In this document: piece after piece, positions 46,142 through 57,464 of the stretch | Position numbering within the stretch: the stretch's first letter is position 1 | How the letters are laid out: each line of letters starts with the position of its first letter | Assembly: GCA_021776635.1 (NCBI GenBank) | Contig: JAJFFN010000038.1 | Span: forward strand, 87,990-151,989 | Direction of reading: 5' to 3' | DNA length: 64,000 bases | Origin: Robiginitomaculum sp. | GTDB taxonomy: Bacteria; Pseudomonadota; Alphaproteobacteria; Caulobacterales; Maricaulaceae | Notes under the pieces: generated by a model | What the model was told of the DNA's origin: nothing | Database searches by the model: none | Seen by the model: only the letters and a program-made list of their open reading frames with translations | Translations under genes and position numbers: made by a program

Positions 46142-47484
46142 TGAACAACACAATAGGCTTATCGAAGGCAGTTAAACCATTGTTTGTTTTGGTAATATTC
46201 CTGATGGGCTTGATCGTTTCCGTAGGTGCGAACGCCCAGTTAGAAATAGATATTGTACGCGGTGCACCTGAACCAGTTCCCGTAGCAATTCCTAATTTTT
46301 TATCGAGCCATCCAGACACAGATAAAATTGCCAAAGATATGGCGTCTGTCATCGCAGCAGATTTGGAACGGTCAGGATTATTTCGTGTACTCGACCAAGG
46401 CAGTTATATTGAAAAACAAAGTGATATAAATTACCAGCCGCGTTTTTCTGAATGGCGATTGATTAATGCAAAAGCTTTGTTGTCTGGTCAAATAATTCGA
46501 GAAAATTCCAATCGTCTCAAAGTCGAATTTCGCCTATGGGATATTTACGGAACGGAACAATTGGACGGCAAACGCTTAGCGACAACGCCAGACAATTGGC
46601 GACGTATAGCGCACAAAATTGCTGATAATATCTATAAGCGTTTAACGGGTGAAAGTGGCTATTTTGATAGCCGAATTGTCTATATAGCAGAAAGCGGCCC
46701 CAAAACCGACCGCCGTAAACGTCTCTCTATTATGGATGCTGATGGTGCCAATGCGCAATATTTACTGACAGGTGCTGGCTTAGTGCTAACGCCAAGATTT
46801 TCGCCTTCGGCACAAACCATCACATATTTGTCTTGGGAAACGGGACGTTCACAAGTGTATCTTTTGGATATTGAAACCGGACGCCGAGAGCTTTTAGGAA
46901 ATTTCACAAATATGACAATAGCACCCAGGTTTTCTCCCGATGGTGAAAAACTAATTTTTTCAATGGTTAAGCGTGGTAATAGTGATATTTATGTGTTTGA
47001 TTTACGGTCGCGAACAACGACACGACTTACAACAAATCAGGGGATTGATGTCTCGCCTAGCTTTTCACCTGACGGACGTAACGTCGTGTTTAATTCCGAC
47101 AGAGGAGGTTCGCCACAACTTTATATCATGAATGCAGACGGTTCTAATGTTCGCCGCTTAAGCTTTGGTAAAGGTCGTTATACTGCACCTGCGTGGTCTC
47201 CGCGTGGTGATTTGATTGCTTTTACAAAAAGCAATCAAGGTAAGTTTCACATCGGTGTCATGGATGCCAATGACGGGAGGGGGGAGCGTTTATTGACGAA
47301 TTCTTATTTAGATGAAGGCCCAACATGGTCACCAAATGGGAGAGTCATTTTGTTTACGCGTGAAACAAGGGGGCTTAATGGGCGCTCAGCCATTTGGTCT
47401 GTGGATTTAACCGGACGAAATCTACAAAAGGTACCAACACCCGGAGCCGCATCTGACCCGGCTTGGTCGCCAATTTTACCTTAA
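46141..47484 (+). CDS. tolB: Tol-Pal system beta-propeller protein TolB
   Basis: Signal peptide and repeated PxFSPDG / P.WSP propeller blades. The ATG overlaps the tolA TGA. Confidence 0.9.
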   Translation: MNNTIGLSKAVKPLFVLVIFLMGLIVSVGANAQLEIDIVRGAPEPVPVAIPNFLSSHPDTDKIAKDMASVIAADLERSGLFRVLDQGSYIEKQSDINYQPRFSEWRLINAKALLSGQIIRENSNRLKVEFRLWDIYGTEQLDGKRLATTPDNWRRIAHKIADNIYKRLTGESGYFDSRIVYIAESGPKTDRRKRLSIMDADGANAQYLLTGAGLVLTPRFSPSAQTITYLSWETGRSQVYLLDIETGRRELLGNFTNMTIAPRFSPDGEKLIFSMVKRGNSDIYVFDLRSRTTTRLTTNQGIDVSPSFSPDGRNVVFNSDRGGSPQLYIMNADGSNVRRLSFGKGRYTAPAWSPRGDLIAFTKSNQGKFHIGVMDANDGRGERLLTNSYLDEGPTWSPNGRVILFTRETRGLNGRSAIWSVDLTGRNLQKVPTPGAASDPAWSPILP

Positions 47485-47611
47485 TAGACCATCTTATTTT
47501 GAACACTTTTATATGGAACTGCTCTAACCTGAACAATTGTCAACTTGACACAAATGCTCACAGCGTTAGCTTAAGATGACAATTGCAAAATAGTTGGGAC
47601 TGGAAAGAGAA

Positions 47612-48166
47612 ATGAAACTAAATACACTTATAGCCGTTACTTTTATCTTGATGCTTTCTGCTTGCGCATCAACGCCTGAACCTCAGCCGAAAATCGCTGA
47701 AAATACACAGCCAGCGCCGGTGATAGAACAACCAGCTCCAATAGAACGTGCACCCGTTGAAACTATTGTCCCAGAATACCAAGGGCCGCAACCTGGTACA
47801 GTGGATCACTTTAAATTTGTTTCAGGCGATGACCGCGTTTATTTCGGCTTTAATGAGTATACGCTCACAGCGCAAACACGTGAAGTTTTAAAATCCCAAG
47901 TGAGATGGTTACAAGAATATAGTGGCGCGATTGTCGTCATTGGTGGTAACGCAGATGAGCGCGGCACGCGGGAATACAATCTTGCACTTGGTGCGCGGCG
48001 AGCCGATGCAGTTAAAGATTTTTTCGTTAGCCAGGGGATATCTTCGGGACGTATTACCACAGTTTCATACGGCAAAGAGCGTCCGATTGATGGCCGCTCT
48101 AACGAAGAAGCTTGGGCTTTGAATAGAAATGCGCACTCTGCAGTATTGGTCGGCGGAAATAGTTAG
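47612..48166 (+). CDS. pal: Peptidoglycan-associated lipoprotein Pal
   Basis: Lipobox MLSACAS and an OmpA-like domain (GNADERGTREYNLALGARRADAV). Confidence 0.9.
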   Translation: MKLNTLIAVTFILMLSACASTPEPQPKIAENTQPAPVIEQPAPIERAPVETIVPEYQGPQPGTVDHFKFVSGDDRVYFGFNEYTLTAQTREVLKSQVRWLQEYSGAIVVIGGNADERGTREYNLALGARRADAVKDFFVSQGISSGRITTVSYGKERPIDGRSNEEAWALNRNAHSAVLVGGNS

Positions 48167-48270
48167 GCGAATGAGCGCATAATAATTTAACTGCACATTA
48201 ATACTGCACACAGTAATTTTGCTGTTAAGCTATGTCCCAAATTCAGTTGGCGGTTTCAGTTAGGTTATCT

Positions 48271-49206
48271 ATGCGTATTTCTTCATTTTTTATTATTTGT
48301 ATTACAATTATTTGTTCGGCTCATCCTGCTTTTGCAGCCAGTAAAAAGGAGCTTGAAGCAAAGATAATACAATTAGAGCAACGTCTTGGGGCCTTGGAAC
48401 AAAGGATGTTGACAGGTGACCCAGCAGCGGAACGACTAATGCAACGTATGGACGCTCTTGAAACATCACAACGCACAATGACCGGCGAAATTGAACGGCT
48501 ACGCTATGAAAGTGAAACACTGCACGAAGAATTACGGGCACTGGCAAGTCAAATAGTTTCGCTTCAAACAATTTCTGAGGCTATGGAGTTGCATTTAAAG
48601 GCAGTGGAAATCGTTGCGCAAGAACAAGCCAGAGAGCAATCCAGAGAACAATCCAGTCAGCAAAGAGAAGGGCAATCTCAACCGCTTGAAATGCAAGGCG
48701 GAACAAACGCCCCCATTGTGTACGGAGAGACCGGTGTTAGTCGTGCCAGTGGTATTTATTCAGGTGGATCATCTTTCCCTCCGCCGCCAAAAATTGGTGG
48801 TGATACGTCTTCTAAGCAGGGTGAGGATAGTTCGGATTTGGCTTTAATCGGGCAAGGCCGTATGAATGAAGGCGATTTCTCCGGCGCACAATCTGCCTTT
48901 TTGCAATATTTAGACTTAAAACCAGATGCTCAGGATAAAGGCGATGTCTATTTTTTGCTCGGCGAAACATATTTTGCTAATTCTGGTTTTTCGAAAGCTG
49001 CCGAAGCATATATCGCCTCTATGCGCGCAGAACCGAACGGAGATTATGCTCCAGAAGCCATGGTCAAACTAGCATCTACGGCACGTTCACTTGGAAAAAC
49101 TAATATGGCATGTCAAACTTTGGCAAGTTTCCCGTCACAATATCCAAATGCAGTTGCTGCCGTTGTTGAAAAAGCCCGTGTAGAGAAAATCCGTAGCGGA
49201 TGCTAA
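48271..49206 (+). CDS. cpoB: Tol-Pal system protein CpoB (YbgF), coiled coil plus TPR
   Basis: Signal peptide, N-terminal coiled coil and C-terminal TPR-like repeats. It sits after pal. Confidence 0.75.
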   Translation: MRISSFFIICITIICSAHPAFAASKKELEAKIIQLEQRLGALEQRMLTGDPAAERLMQRMDALETSQRTMTGEIERLRYESETLHEELRALASQIVSLQTISEAMELHLKAVEIVAQEQAREQSREQSSQQREGQSQPLEMQGGTNAPIVYGETGVSRASGIYSGGSSFPPPPKIGGDTSSKQGEDSSDLALIGQGRMNEGDFSGAQSAFLQYLDLKPDAQDKGDVYFLLGETYFANSGFSKAAEAYIASMRAEPNGDYAPEAMVKLASTARSLGKTNMACQTLASFPSQYPNAVAAVVEKARVEKIRSGC

Positions 49207-49209
49207 AGT

Positions 49210-50550
49210 GTGGGTGTTCAAAATAAAAATATTGACCAGAAAGCATTTGAACGAAAAGTTTTTGAACAATTAGATGAACTTGTGGGTAATGGGCAAAAAC
49301 CTCTTGCTGTGGCTTTTTCTGGAGGCGGCGATAGTACGGCTTTATTGTCATTAACCCTGAAGTGGCGCTCGGATCATCCCGTTTATGCGCTGATTGTCGA
49401 TCATGGGCTGAGAGATGGGTCGGCACAAGAAGCAAAGCTTGCGCGGTCTCGTGCAATAAAAATGGGTGCAAGCGCGCAAATTTTAAACTGTATATGGGGC
49501 AGATTTATACCCCAGACAGCAATTCAAGAAAAAGCCCGCAATATGCGCTATGGCCTGTTTGCAGATGCCTGCAAAGACATTGGTGTAAACATATTATTAC
49601 TAGGCCATAATCAAGACGACCAAGCTGAAACCGTATTTATGCGCAAAGACGCGAACAGTGGTTGGCGAGGCTTGGCCGGTATTAAACCAAGGACAAGGGC
49701 GGCCATATGGCCTGCATTACAAGGAGTGACAAGTGTGCGTCCTTTGCTGTCTTGTTCTCGTGAAGACTTACGTTTATATAACAAAAGCAATAATTTGCAG
49801 TGGATTGATGATCCATCAAATAGTAACCTTTCATTTGCTCGTATTCGTGCACGGAAATTTTTATCTAGATCCGAAACGGCAAAGCACAACCTGCTTTCGG
49901 TCGCCAAAGCTGCCAGTGAAACTTTGGAGCAGGAGCAAATAGAATTATCATCATTTATTTGCGAGGGTACAAAAATAAATGATTGGGGCGGGGTATTTTT
50001 AAAGCCAAAGTTTTGTGCAAATAACGCAGGGAAGATAGCCGAGGCTCTGAAATATTTGCTACCTGCAATTTCGGGTGAATATTTGTCTCCAACATATGAA
50101 AAACGTCGTAATTTGGCGAAAAGATTAAAGGCGCCAAGTTTTACCGGAGCAACTCTTGGGGGTGTGCGTCTGGTGCCACAAAGAAATGGTATACTGTGTA
50201 TGCGAGATTTAGGCGCAATTGTTGGCAGAGACAATGTGCAAGCATTGCCTGCCTTACCGCTAAAACCAAATCAATCGTGTATTTGGGATGGGCGGTTTGA
50301 AATGTCTGCATTGCAAAGCGGTGTTCATGTGGATGTACTGGCCAATTGGTTGGAAACACTAGATGTTCAGCGAAAGGCATTGCTAAGATCATTGCCGGAG
50401 CCTGTACGCGGCGGGCTTCCAGTTTTCATTCGCGATAATCAAATTGCACACATTCCATTTGTTGGTTTTTCAACAAGCGCACACGGTTGTTATGCACGCG
50501 CACTTACACGCGAGCGCTTGAAATCACTTTTAGGTGGTTTTTACAGATAA
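49210..50550 (+). CDS. tilS: tRNA(Ile)-lysidine synthetase
   Basis: PP-loop AFSGGGDSTAL ... GHNQDDQAET. GTG start. Confidence 0.85.
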   Translation: MGVQNKNIDQKAFERKVFEQLDELVGNGQKPLAVAFSGGGDSTALLSLTLKWRSDHPVYALIVDHGLRDGSAQEAKLARSRAIKMGASAQILNCIWGRFIPQTAIQEKARNMRYGLFADACKDIGVNILLLGHNQDDQAETVFMRKDANSGWRGLAGIKPRTRAAIWPALQGVTSVRPLLSCSREDLRLYNKSNNLQWIDDPSNSNLSFARIRARKFLSRSETAKHNLLSVAKAASETLEQEQIELSSFICEGTKINDWGGVFLKPKFCANNAGKIAEALKYLLPAISGEYLSPTYEKRRNLAKRLKAPSFTGATLGGVRLVPQRNGILCMRDLGAIVGRDNVQALPALPLKPNQSCIWDGRFEMSALQSGVHVDVLANWLETLDVQRKALLRSLPEPVRGGLPVFIRDNQIAHIPFVGFSTSAHGCYARALTRERLKSLLGGFYR

Positions 50551-50684
50551 AATTCTGCTTTCACCCTTACCCTTTCGTAATTGTCGCCTATATAGTATAC
50601 TTATATTGTCTGGTTGATTTGCCCAGTAAAGGTATTTTGCCAACAGAGACCTAGCCAGAAGCGATAATGAAGGAATAACATATT

Positions 50685-52622
50685 ATGCAAATGCGCAACC
50701 TAGCCCTTTGGGGTGTCTTAATCCTTATGTTTCTTGTGATGATTTCCGTCTCGCAAAATGCTATCCGTCCAGCGGATAGCCTGGCTATGACCACTTCGGA
50801 GTTCATGGCAGCCGTAGAGGACGGAAAAATAGATGATTTCAAAGTCGATGTGCAAAGCGATACTATTTCTGGCAAAACCAAAGACGGCAAAGAGTTTAAA
50901 TCTAATGTGCCTATTACCGGTGAACTTTTGCAGAAGTTCGACGAACTAAATGTTACTTATGATACCAACCCGATTAAAGGAACCAGTCTTCTGACGCAAT
51001 TCCTGTTCAGCGTCTTGCCGTTCATTTTGTTTATTGGAATTGCCATCTGGTTTATGCGCTCTATGCAGGGCGGCGGAAAAGGTGGGGCAATGAGCTTTGG
51101 GAAATCCCGAGCAAAAATGTTGACCGAAGCGCAAGGTAAGGTCACCTTTGATGATGTTGCAGGTGTTGAAAACGCTAAGGAAGATTTGCAAGAAGTCATA
51201 GAATTTTTACAAGATCCGACAAAGTTCCAGCGCCTCGGTGCAAAAATTCCGACGGGTGCACTGCTTATTGGTCCTCCTGGTACCGGTAAAACTTTGCTTG
51301 CCAAAGCGGTAGCAGGTGAAGCGGGGGTGCCGTTCTTTACGATTTCCGGTTCTGATTTTGTTGAAATGTTTGTTGGTGTTGGTGCTTCGCGTGTCCGTGA
51401 TATGTTTGACCAAGCTCGCAAAAACGCACCGTGTATTATCTTTATTGACGAGATTGATGCTGTTGGCCGCCACAGGGGGGTCGGCACATCCGGTGGTCAC
51501 GAAGAGCGTGAGCAAACCTTGAACCAATTATTGGTCGAAATGGACGGTTTTGATGGGCAAGAGGGCGTGATTATTATTGCTGCCACTAACCGTCCTGATG
51601 TCTTGGACAAAGCCCTCCTGCGCCCTGGGCGTTTTGACCGCCAGATCGAAGTCCCTCTACCGGATATTATGGGCCGTGAGAAAATAGTTGCTGTGCATAT
51701 GAAAAACATCCCGACAGCTAAAAACGTCGATATCAAATATATCGCACGCGGAACGCCTGGCATGTCTGGAGCAGATTTGGCTAACCTGGTCAATGAAGCC
51801 GCGCTTTTGGCTGCGCGCCGTAACAAGCGAAAAGTCACGATGCGGGAGTTTGAAGATGCGCGCGATAAAGTCCTGATGGGTGCAGAACGCCGTTCACTTA
51901 CAATGACTGAAGAGGAGCGGGCAAATACAGCTTATCACGAAGCGGGTCATGCCATTGTCGGCATGAATATGAAGGGTGCACACCCCATTCATAAAGCAAC
52001 TATTATTCCGCGCGGTCGTGCACTGGGCATGGTGCAATATCTTCCAGAGCGTGACCAAATATCTCAATCGCGTGAGCAAATGATTGCCAGCATGGCCATG
52101 GCAATGGGTGGTCGGGCTGCAGAAGAAATAAAATTCGGTTATGACAAGGTTACATCAGGCGCCAGTTCCGATATCGAACATGTGACGCGCATTGCCCGTG
52201 CTATGGTTACGGAATGGGGACTGTCGGACGAAATTGGTCCGATTGCCTACAAAAACACAGATAATGATAGTTTCATGCCAGGTATTGGTCGCGGATCTGC
52301 TATTTCACCAGAAACTGCTCGTCTTATCGAGAGTGAAATAAAACGCTTTGTTACAGAAGCTCACATATCTGCCACAGCTATTCTCAAGAAAAAGAAAAAA
52401 GACTGGATAAAACTATCTGAAGCTTTGCTTGAATACGAAACCTTGTCAGGTGATGAGATCAAAAGCTTGCTTAAGGACAATATCAAACCAAAGCGCCCAG
52501 ATTTTGACAATGATAGCGGTACACCGGCTTTGTCTGCAATTCCGACAACCAAGCCTACGCCCAAAAAGAAACCAAAACCAAAAAAACCACCCTTGGGCGA
52601 TAAGCCGCAGCCTGAAAGTTAA
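50685..52622 (+). CDS. ftsH: ATP-dependent zinc metalloprotease FtsH
   Basis: [26 protein letters not shown], and the zinc site HEAGHAIV. Confidence 0.95.
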   Translation: MQMRNLALWGVLILMFLVMISVSQNAIRPADSLAMTTSEFMAAVEDGKIDDFKVDVQSDTISGKTKDGKEFKSNVPITGELLQKFDELNVTYDTNPIKGTSLLTQFLFSVLPFILFIGIAIWFMRSMQGGGKGGAMSFGKSRAKMLTEAQGKVTFDDVAGVENAKEDLQEVIEFLQDPTKFQRLGAKIPTGALLIGPPGTGKTLLAKAVAGEAGVPFFTISGSDFVEMFVGVGASRVRDMFDQARKNAPCIIFIDEIDAVGRHRGVGTSGGHEEREQTLNQLLVEMDGFDGQEGVIIIAATNRPDVLDKALLRPGRFDRQIEVPLPDIMGREKIVAVHMKNIPTAKNVDIKYIARGTPGMSGADLANLVNEAALLAARRNKRKVTMREFEDARDKVLMGAERRSLTMTEEERANTAYHEAGHAIVGMNMKGAHPIHKATIIPRGRALGMVQYLPERDQISQSREQMIASMAMAMGGRAAEEIKFGYDKVTSGASSDIEHVTRIARAMVTEWGLSDEIGPIAYKNTDNDSFMPGIGRGSAISPETARLIESEIKRFVTEAHISATAILKKKKKDWIKLSEALLEYETLSGDEIKSLLKDNIKPKRPDFDNDSGTPALSAIPTTKPTPKKKPKPKKPPLGDKPQPES

Positions 52623-52630
52623 CCCAAAAT

Positions 52631-53011
52631 ATGTTTTCAAAGTGTGAAGTTTCAGTGTTTCTGGCGACGACAATGCCAGAAGCTTGTTTAGAATTTTACA
52701 CAAAAAATATGGGGTTGGAGTTGGTTGAAGACGGTGAATACGCTCTTGTATTTAAACTTAAGAGCTTAGAATTACGCATATCAAAAGTCCCCGCATTCAA
52801 TCCGCACCCGTTCACGGTTTTGGACTGGATGGTAGAAGACTTAGATGTAGCTATGAATTTGTTAGAGAGAAAAGGCGTAACCTTCGAGATATTCAAAGGC
52901 ATGGGACAAGACGAACGGGGGGTTTGGCAGGTTCCGAACGGCAAAACAAAAATAGCATGGTTCAAAGATCCGGATGGTAATGTGTTGTCAATTTCCCAAC
53001 GGGCAGAGTAA
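52631..53011 (+). CDS. VOC (glyoxalase-fold) family protein
   Basis: 126 aa with FYTKNMGLELVED ... AWFKDPDGNVLSI, typical of VOC beta-alpha-beta-beta-beta modules. Confidence 0.65.
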   Translation: MFSKCEVSVFLATTMPEACLEFYTKNMGLELVEDGEYALVFKLKSLELRISKVPAFNPHPFTVLDWMVEDLDVAMNLLERKGVTFEIFKGMGQDERGVWQVPNGKTKIAWFKDPDGNVLSISQRAE

Positions 53012-53018
53012 TAGCACT

Positions 53019-53819
53019 ATGAAAATCAACAATCCCAAAATAATGGGTATTCTAAACGTTACACCGGATAGTTTTTCTGACGGCGGTCAGTATGATGGTG
53101 TTGAGAAGGCTGTAGCTCGCGCACACGAAATGGTGGCTGCTGGCGCGGATATTATTGATATTGGCGGCGAGAGTACACGGCCCGGCGCAGATGTTGTCGG
53201 GCAGAGCGCTGAGCTTGAGCGGGTCTTGCCTGTGATTGAGGCGCTCTTTGGTGTTGATGCAGACATCTCCATAGATTCACGAAGGCCGGAGGTTGCACAG
53301 GCGGCGTTTAAGGCTGGTGCCTGTATTTGGAACGATGTAACGGCGCTTGGGTTTGACGAAAAATCTCCCGCTATGGCGGCGAAGCTCGGCTGCAAAATCG
53401 TGCTCATGCACATGCGCGGTACGCCCGAGACTATGCAGGATAATCCCCATTATAAGAATGTGGTCGGCGAGGTGATTAGCTATTTAATAGGACGTGTAAG
53501 CGTTGCGATGAAAGCAGGCGTAAAACGCGAAAACATCATCCTTGATCCGGGCATAGGTTTCGGCAAGAGGCTTGAGGATAATCTCGACCTTCTCCAACAT
53601 TTGGATGATTTCCACATTTTGGGCCGTCCCATCTTGTTAGGAGCATCGCGCAAAAGCTTTATGGGCAAGATTGACGGCAGTGTACCCAGTAACCGCTTGG
53701 GTGGCTCTATAGCCAGCGCACTTTGGGGAGCGTCTATGGGTGCTTCAATTCTCCGCGTCCATGATGTAGAAGAAACCGTGCGGGCATTGAAGGTTTGGGG
53801 TGCAATATATGGCAGATAG
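53019..53819 (+). CDS. folP: Dihydropteroate synthase
   Basis: IMGILNVTPDSFSDGG, DIGGESTRPG, SIDS, NDV, GASRKSF. Confidence 0.9.
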   Translation: MKINNPKIMGILNVTPDSFSDGGQYDGVEKAVARAHEMVAAGADIIDIGGESTRPGADVVGQSAELERVLPVIEALFGVDADISIDSRRPEVAQAAFKAGACIWNDVTALGFDEKSPAMAAKLGCKIVLMHMRGTPETMQDNPHYKNVVGEVISYLIGRVSVAMKAGVKRENIILDPGIGFGKRLEDNLDLLQHLDDFHILGRPILLGASRKSFMGKIDGSVPSNRLGGSIASALWGASMGASILRVHDVEETVRALKVWGAIYGR

Positions 53820-54690
53820 TTCAAATACACCCCGCGTCCTCATCGTCGCCGGTTCCGATTCGTCCGGCGGGGCGGGTATTCAGGCGGATATCAAAACCTG
53901 TGCGGCGTTCGGAGTTTATTCGGCGACGGCGATTACGGCGATTACGGCGCAAAACACAGTTGGCGTGCAGCGGGTTGAAGCCTTGCATGCGGATTTGGTC
54001 GCGGAGCAAATGCATTCAGTTTTGTCGGATATTGGTGCAGACGTTATCAAAATTGGTATGCTCGCTAATACGGAAATCATCAAAGCTGTGGCGGATGTTA
54101 TCCTCAACGACGCGCAAGACTGCACCGTAGTGCTTGACCCCGTAATGGTGGCGACGTGCGGTGATAAATTGCTGGAAGACGCGGCCATTGAGGCCATGAA
54201 AGAACTATTAATGCCATTGGCTGATGTGGTGACACCGAATATTGACGAGGCGGAAATCTTAACGGGTTTACGTCCAAAGGATGCAAACGGTTTAAGCCAA
54301 GCAGGGGAACGGCTTTTGGAAATGGGCGCATTTGCAGCCTTAATGAAAGGCGGGCACCTAGCCAAAAACGGGAATGGTAAAAGTATAACTGATGTTTTGG
54401 TAGCTCCTGACGGCAATCACATTATGAGTGCACCGCGTATACATTCACGTCATACCCACGGCACCGGGTGTACGCTGGCCAGTGCCGTTGCTGCAATGTT
54501 GGCACAAGGCGCGCCCTTGGATATTGCTGTGAGAGAAGCCCGTGAATTTGTCTTCCAAGCTATCCGTACAGCCCCAAAACTCGGCCATAGCAATGGCCCG
54601 CTTAATCACGGTTTACATAAGAGTGGTGGTGAGAATGCAATTAAAAATGACAATAAAAACAATCCATTTTCCGTGCTAAAGGATCTATAA
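53809..54690 (+). CDS. thiD: Hydroxymethylpyrimidine/phosphomethylpyrimidine kinase
   Basis: VLIVAGSDSSGGAGIQADIKT ... DPVMVA ... TPN..E ... HGTGCTLASA. Confidence 0.9.
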   Translation: MADSSNTPRVLIVAGSDSSGGAGIQADIKTCAAFGVYSATAITAITAQNTVGVQRVEALHADLVAEQMHSVLSDIGADVIKIGMLANTEIIKAVADVILNDAQDCTVVLDPVMVATCGDKLLEDAAIEAMKELLMPLADVVTPNIDEAEILTGLRPKDANGLSQAGERLLEMGAFAALMKGGHLAKNGNGKSITDVLVAPDGNHIMSAPRIHSRHTHGTGCTLASAVAAMLAQGAPLDIAVREAREFVFQAIRTAPKLGHSNGPLNHGLHKSGGENAIKNDNKNNPFSVLKDL

Positions 54691-55578
54691 TTTGTTTCGA
54701 TTGCGTCCCGACCTAGCTATCAATAAACCTGCGAAAATAATCATCATGGCGTAAATAGAACGCAAGCTAATGACTTCATCTAGAAACAACATACCTGCAA
54801 ATAAAGAGCAAATAGGCACTACGTAATTAATCTTGGCCACTGTGCTAGGGCCGTAGGCCTCGATGACACGCAAATATAAAATCTGCGCAAATGAATTGGT
54901 CCCAATTGCCATAACCAAAAGCACAATTATGACTGAAACGGGCGGTAATTCATATGATATTCCTGTAGGGATTGCCCACAAGGTTGAGAAAATCGCGGCA
55001 CTTATTAACATCATGGCTGCACCTAAGCTGTTAGCAATTTTTGGAGCACGTTTTGCTGTAATCGCCAGCACGGAATAACAAACTGCGCTTAGAATTATCA
55101 TCCCTTGCCCGCGCCAGTTATTGATGAGTTCCCATTTAAAAGGATCAGGTAAGAACAAGACTACAATGCCAAGAAAACCGATGAAAAACCCAATAGATTT
55201 TCGCCAAGTCAGTGGCTCGCCATGAATAAGAAAATGGGCAAGGACAATTGTTATTAAAGGCATAAAACCTACCAAAATAGCCGTAAGGCCACTATCAACG
55301 GTTTGTTGTCCCATTGCAGTTAAATTAAACGGCAATGCACTGCCAATTAAGCCCATAAATCCGTACCAAAGCCAGCATTTGTCACTCAGTTTGGGTAATT
55401 TATGACCCCTCACCTTTGCATATAATACCAAAATGAAGGCCGCGATTATTGTTCGAATTGATACCATCCATGCTGGTGATATATAGTCAACCGCATATCC
55501 AATGAACGTAAAAGCCGTACCCCAAACAATTATTAGCGTAAAAAATGATAGATATTTTAGTGTCTTATTGTCCTGCAC
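54685..55578 (-). CDS. EamA/DMT family transporter (paralog 1 of 3)
   Basis: 10 TM helices and two EamA repeats. The end overlaps the thiD end by 6 nt (convergent). Confidence 0.78.
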   Translation of the reverse strand: MQDNKTLKYLSFFTLIIVWGTAFTFIGYAVDYISPAWMVSIRTIIAAFILVLYAKVRGHKLPKLSDKCWLWYGFMGLIGSALPFNLTAMGQQTVDSGLTAILVGFMPLITIVLAHFLIHGEPLTWRKSIGFFIGFLGIVVLFLPDPFKWELINNWRGQGMIILSAVCYSVLAITAKRAPKIANSLGAAMMLISAAIFSTLWAIPTGISYELPPVSVIIVLLVMAIGTNSFAQILYLRVIEAYGPSTVAKINYVVPICSLFAGMLFLDEVISLRSIYAMMIIFAGLLIARSGRNRNKL

Positions 55579-56479
55579 GATCTTCTCCTAAACGGGCTAT
55601 ATATAGCCCTGCGAGAATTGTAATCAGTGCGATAATATATCGGGGTTTAAGGTCTTCTCCCAAAAACAATATGCCAGAAATTATTGCAACAATTGGAACA
55701 ATGTAGTTGATTTTTGCAATAAGGCTTGGGCCGGAAATTTGCAAGAGACGCAAGTACAAAAGATTACCGAAAAACGTTGCCCCAAGGGTCAAAGCAGCAA
55801 GAGCCCCGATGATTTTTACAGGTGGGAGTGATTGCGGTATTTCCGTGCCTGCAAACATATAGGCACCGAGTAGGGCACTTATCGCCCCACCGATAAGCAT
55901 TAAGGCGGCGCCGGTACTTGCGGGTTGTTCGGGTGCGCGTTTGCCGATGATGGAAGTTGCAGCATAACCAAATGCTGCGAGAATGATGAGCCCTTGTGCT
56001 TGCCAATTGTCAACTAGAGACCAGCTCAATTTATTTGGCAAGAAAAGCACGCAAACACCTGTAAAACCTATAAAAAAACCTAGTGATTTTAGTTTGGTAA
56101 GTGGTTCAGAGCGTACAAGAAAATGCGCCAATATGACTGTAAACAAAGGTGTGACGCTGATGAGAATAGAGATAAGACCGGAATCTACGCCTGCGTGATA
56201 ACCTCGCGCAATTAAGTAAAACGGTATGGTCATGCCGATAAAACCCATAACGCCGTAAGCCATCCAGCTCTTATTCATCAGGTTTGGTAATTTATTCCCG
56301 CGCCAATATACAAATCCAACCATGAATATGGCGGCAAAAACCATACGAATAGCCACCTGCCAGGCTTCGCTGACGATGTTGGCATCAATGGTACCGACTA
56401 AAGTATATTCTGTTCCCCATAAAAGTAGGGTAATTGGCACCAATAGCCATAAATTTGATAAATTGATACGCGCCATCAA
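55565..56479 (-). CDS. EamA/DMT family transporter (paralog 2 of 3)
   Basis: Visibly homologous to its neighbours (ILAHFL..EPLT..K..GFFIGF.GV..LFLP). 14-nt overlap with paralog 1. Confidence 0.78.
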   Translation of the reverse strand: MMARINLSNLWLLVPITLLLWGTEYTLVGTIDANIVSEAWQVAIRMVFAAIFMVGFVYWRGNKLPNLMNKSWMAYGVMGFIGMTIPFYLIARGYHAGVDSGLISILISVTPLFTVILAHFLVRSEPLTKLKSLGFFIGFTGVCVLFLPNKLSWSLVDNWQAQGLIILAAFGYAATSIIGKRAPEQPASTGAALMLIGGAISALLGAYMFAGTEIPQSLPPVKIIGALAALTLGATFFGNLLYLRLLQISGPSLIAKINYIVPIVAIISGILFLGEDLKPRYIIALITILAGLYIARLGEDRAGQ

Positions 56480-57441
56480 GAAGGCTGTTCATCTGCGCGG
56501 GCCAAGAGAAGCCCTGTAATGATAATCATGAGCGCCGCTACGGTGCGCCAACTAAAGGCTTCGCCCAAAAAACTCATGCCAAACAGAACTGCAAACACAG
56601 GTACCATGTAATTTATCCGGCCAATCATGCTAGGCCCGCTGAGTTGAATGACTTTCAGATAAAGTATATCGGACAGACCTGTTGAAACAATTGTTAAAGT
56701 AAAGAGCGCCAGCAATACGCTGTTTGAAAATCCACCTGTTGGAAACCCGCTATTTATGACGCTTATTACTGCGATTATGAGGGCCGTTAGTCCTGCTGTG
56801 ATAAACATGATGGTTGCACCAATACTTGCCGGGGTCTCAGGTGCGCGTTTGGCAACAATGGCACCAAGTGCATATGACATAGCCACGAGAAGGATTAGAG
56901 ATTGTCCGCGCCAACTCTTGATAAGTGTAACATCCAAATTCTCAGGCAGAAATAAAAACACGACACCAACAAAACCTGTGAAAAAACCAAAGGATTTACG
57001 TAAGCTCAGCCTTTCGCTTTTAACAAAAAAATGGGCAAGTATGATAACCAATAACGGCGTAACTCCGTTGGTTAATATAGAGGACATGCCGCTCTCAACT
57101 CCGTATTCATTGCCTTTTGCAAGCAGGAAAAACGGAGCCGTCATTCCTAAAAACCCCATTAACCCGTACCAAAGCCAGCGCGCATCGCCTAGGGGCGGCA
57201 GTTTTTCTCCTCTTAGTCGGATATAGAAAAAAATAGCAACGGCGGGTAATGCAGTGCGGGTTATCGGAATAAATTCCGGTGGGAACCCCCCTGTGTAAAC
57301 GGTGTAATACATTAATTGATAAGCCGTAGCCCAGATGACCACGACGGCAGCGACATAAGCATAAAGCCTGAAGCGATTTTTGCGTCTAATTCTTTGCTCT
57401 TTCATGTCTTTCTTGCTATTGAAACGCGCCTCAACATGCAA
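56476..57441 (-). CDS. EamA/DMT family transporter (paralog 3 of 3)
   Basis: Same pattern as its neighbours. 4-nt overlap with paralog 2. The start could be the internal Met at 57405. Confidence 0.75.
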   Translation of the reverse strand: MHVEARFNSKKDMKEQRIRRKNRFRLYAYVAAVVVIWATAYQLMYYTVYTGGFPPEFIPITRTALPAVAIFFYIRLRGEKLPPLGDARWLWYGLMGFLGMTAPFFLLAKGNEYGVESGMSSILTNGVTPLLVIILAHFFVKSERLSLRKSFGFFTGFVGVVFLFLPENLDVTLIKSWRGQSLILLVAMSYALGAIVAKRAPETPASIGATIMFITAGLTALIIAVISVINSGFPTGGFSNSVLLALFTLTIVSTGLSDILYLKVIQLSGPSMIGRINYMVPVFAVLFGMSFLGEAFSWRTVAALMIIITGLLLARADEQPS

Positions 57442-57464
57442 GGGTTAAAGACGAGGGGCAGAAC

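Noticed and set aside
49611-50234. 207-aa minus-strand ORF
   Set aside because: It is antisense to tilS, which carries a clear PP-loop.
50957-51487. 176-aa minus-strand ORF, plus other antisense ORFs across ftsH
   Set aside because: It is antisense to the highly conserved AAA+ region of ftsH.
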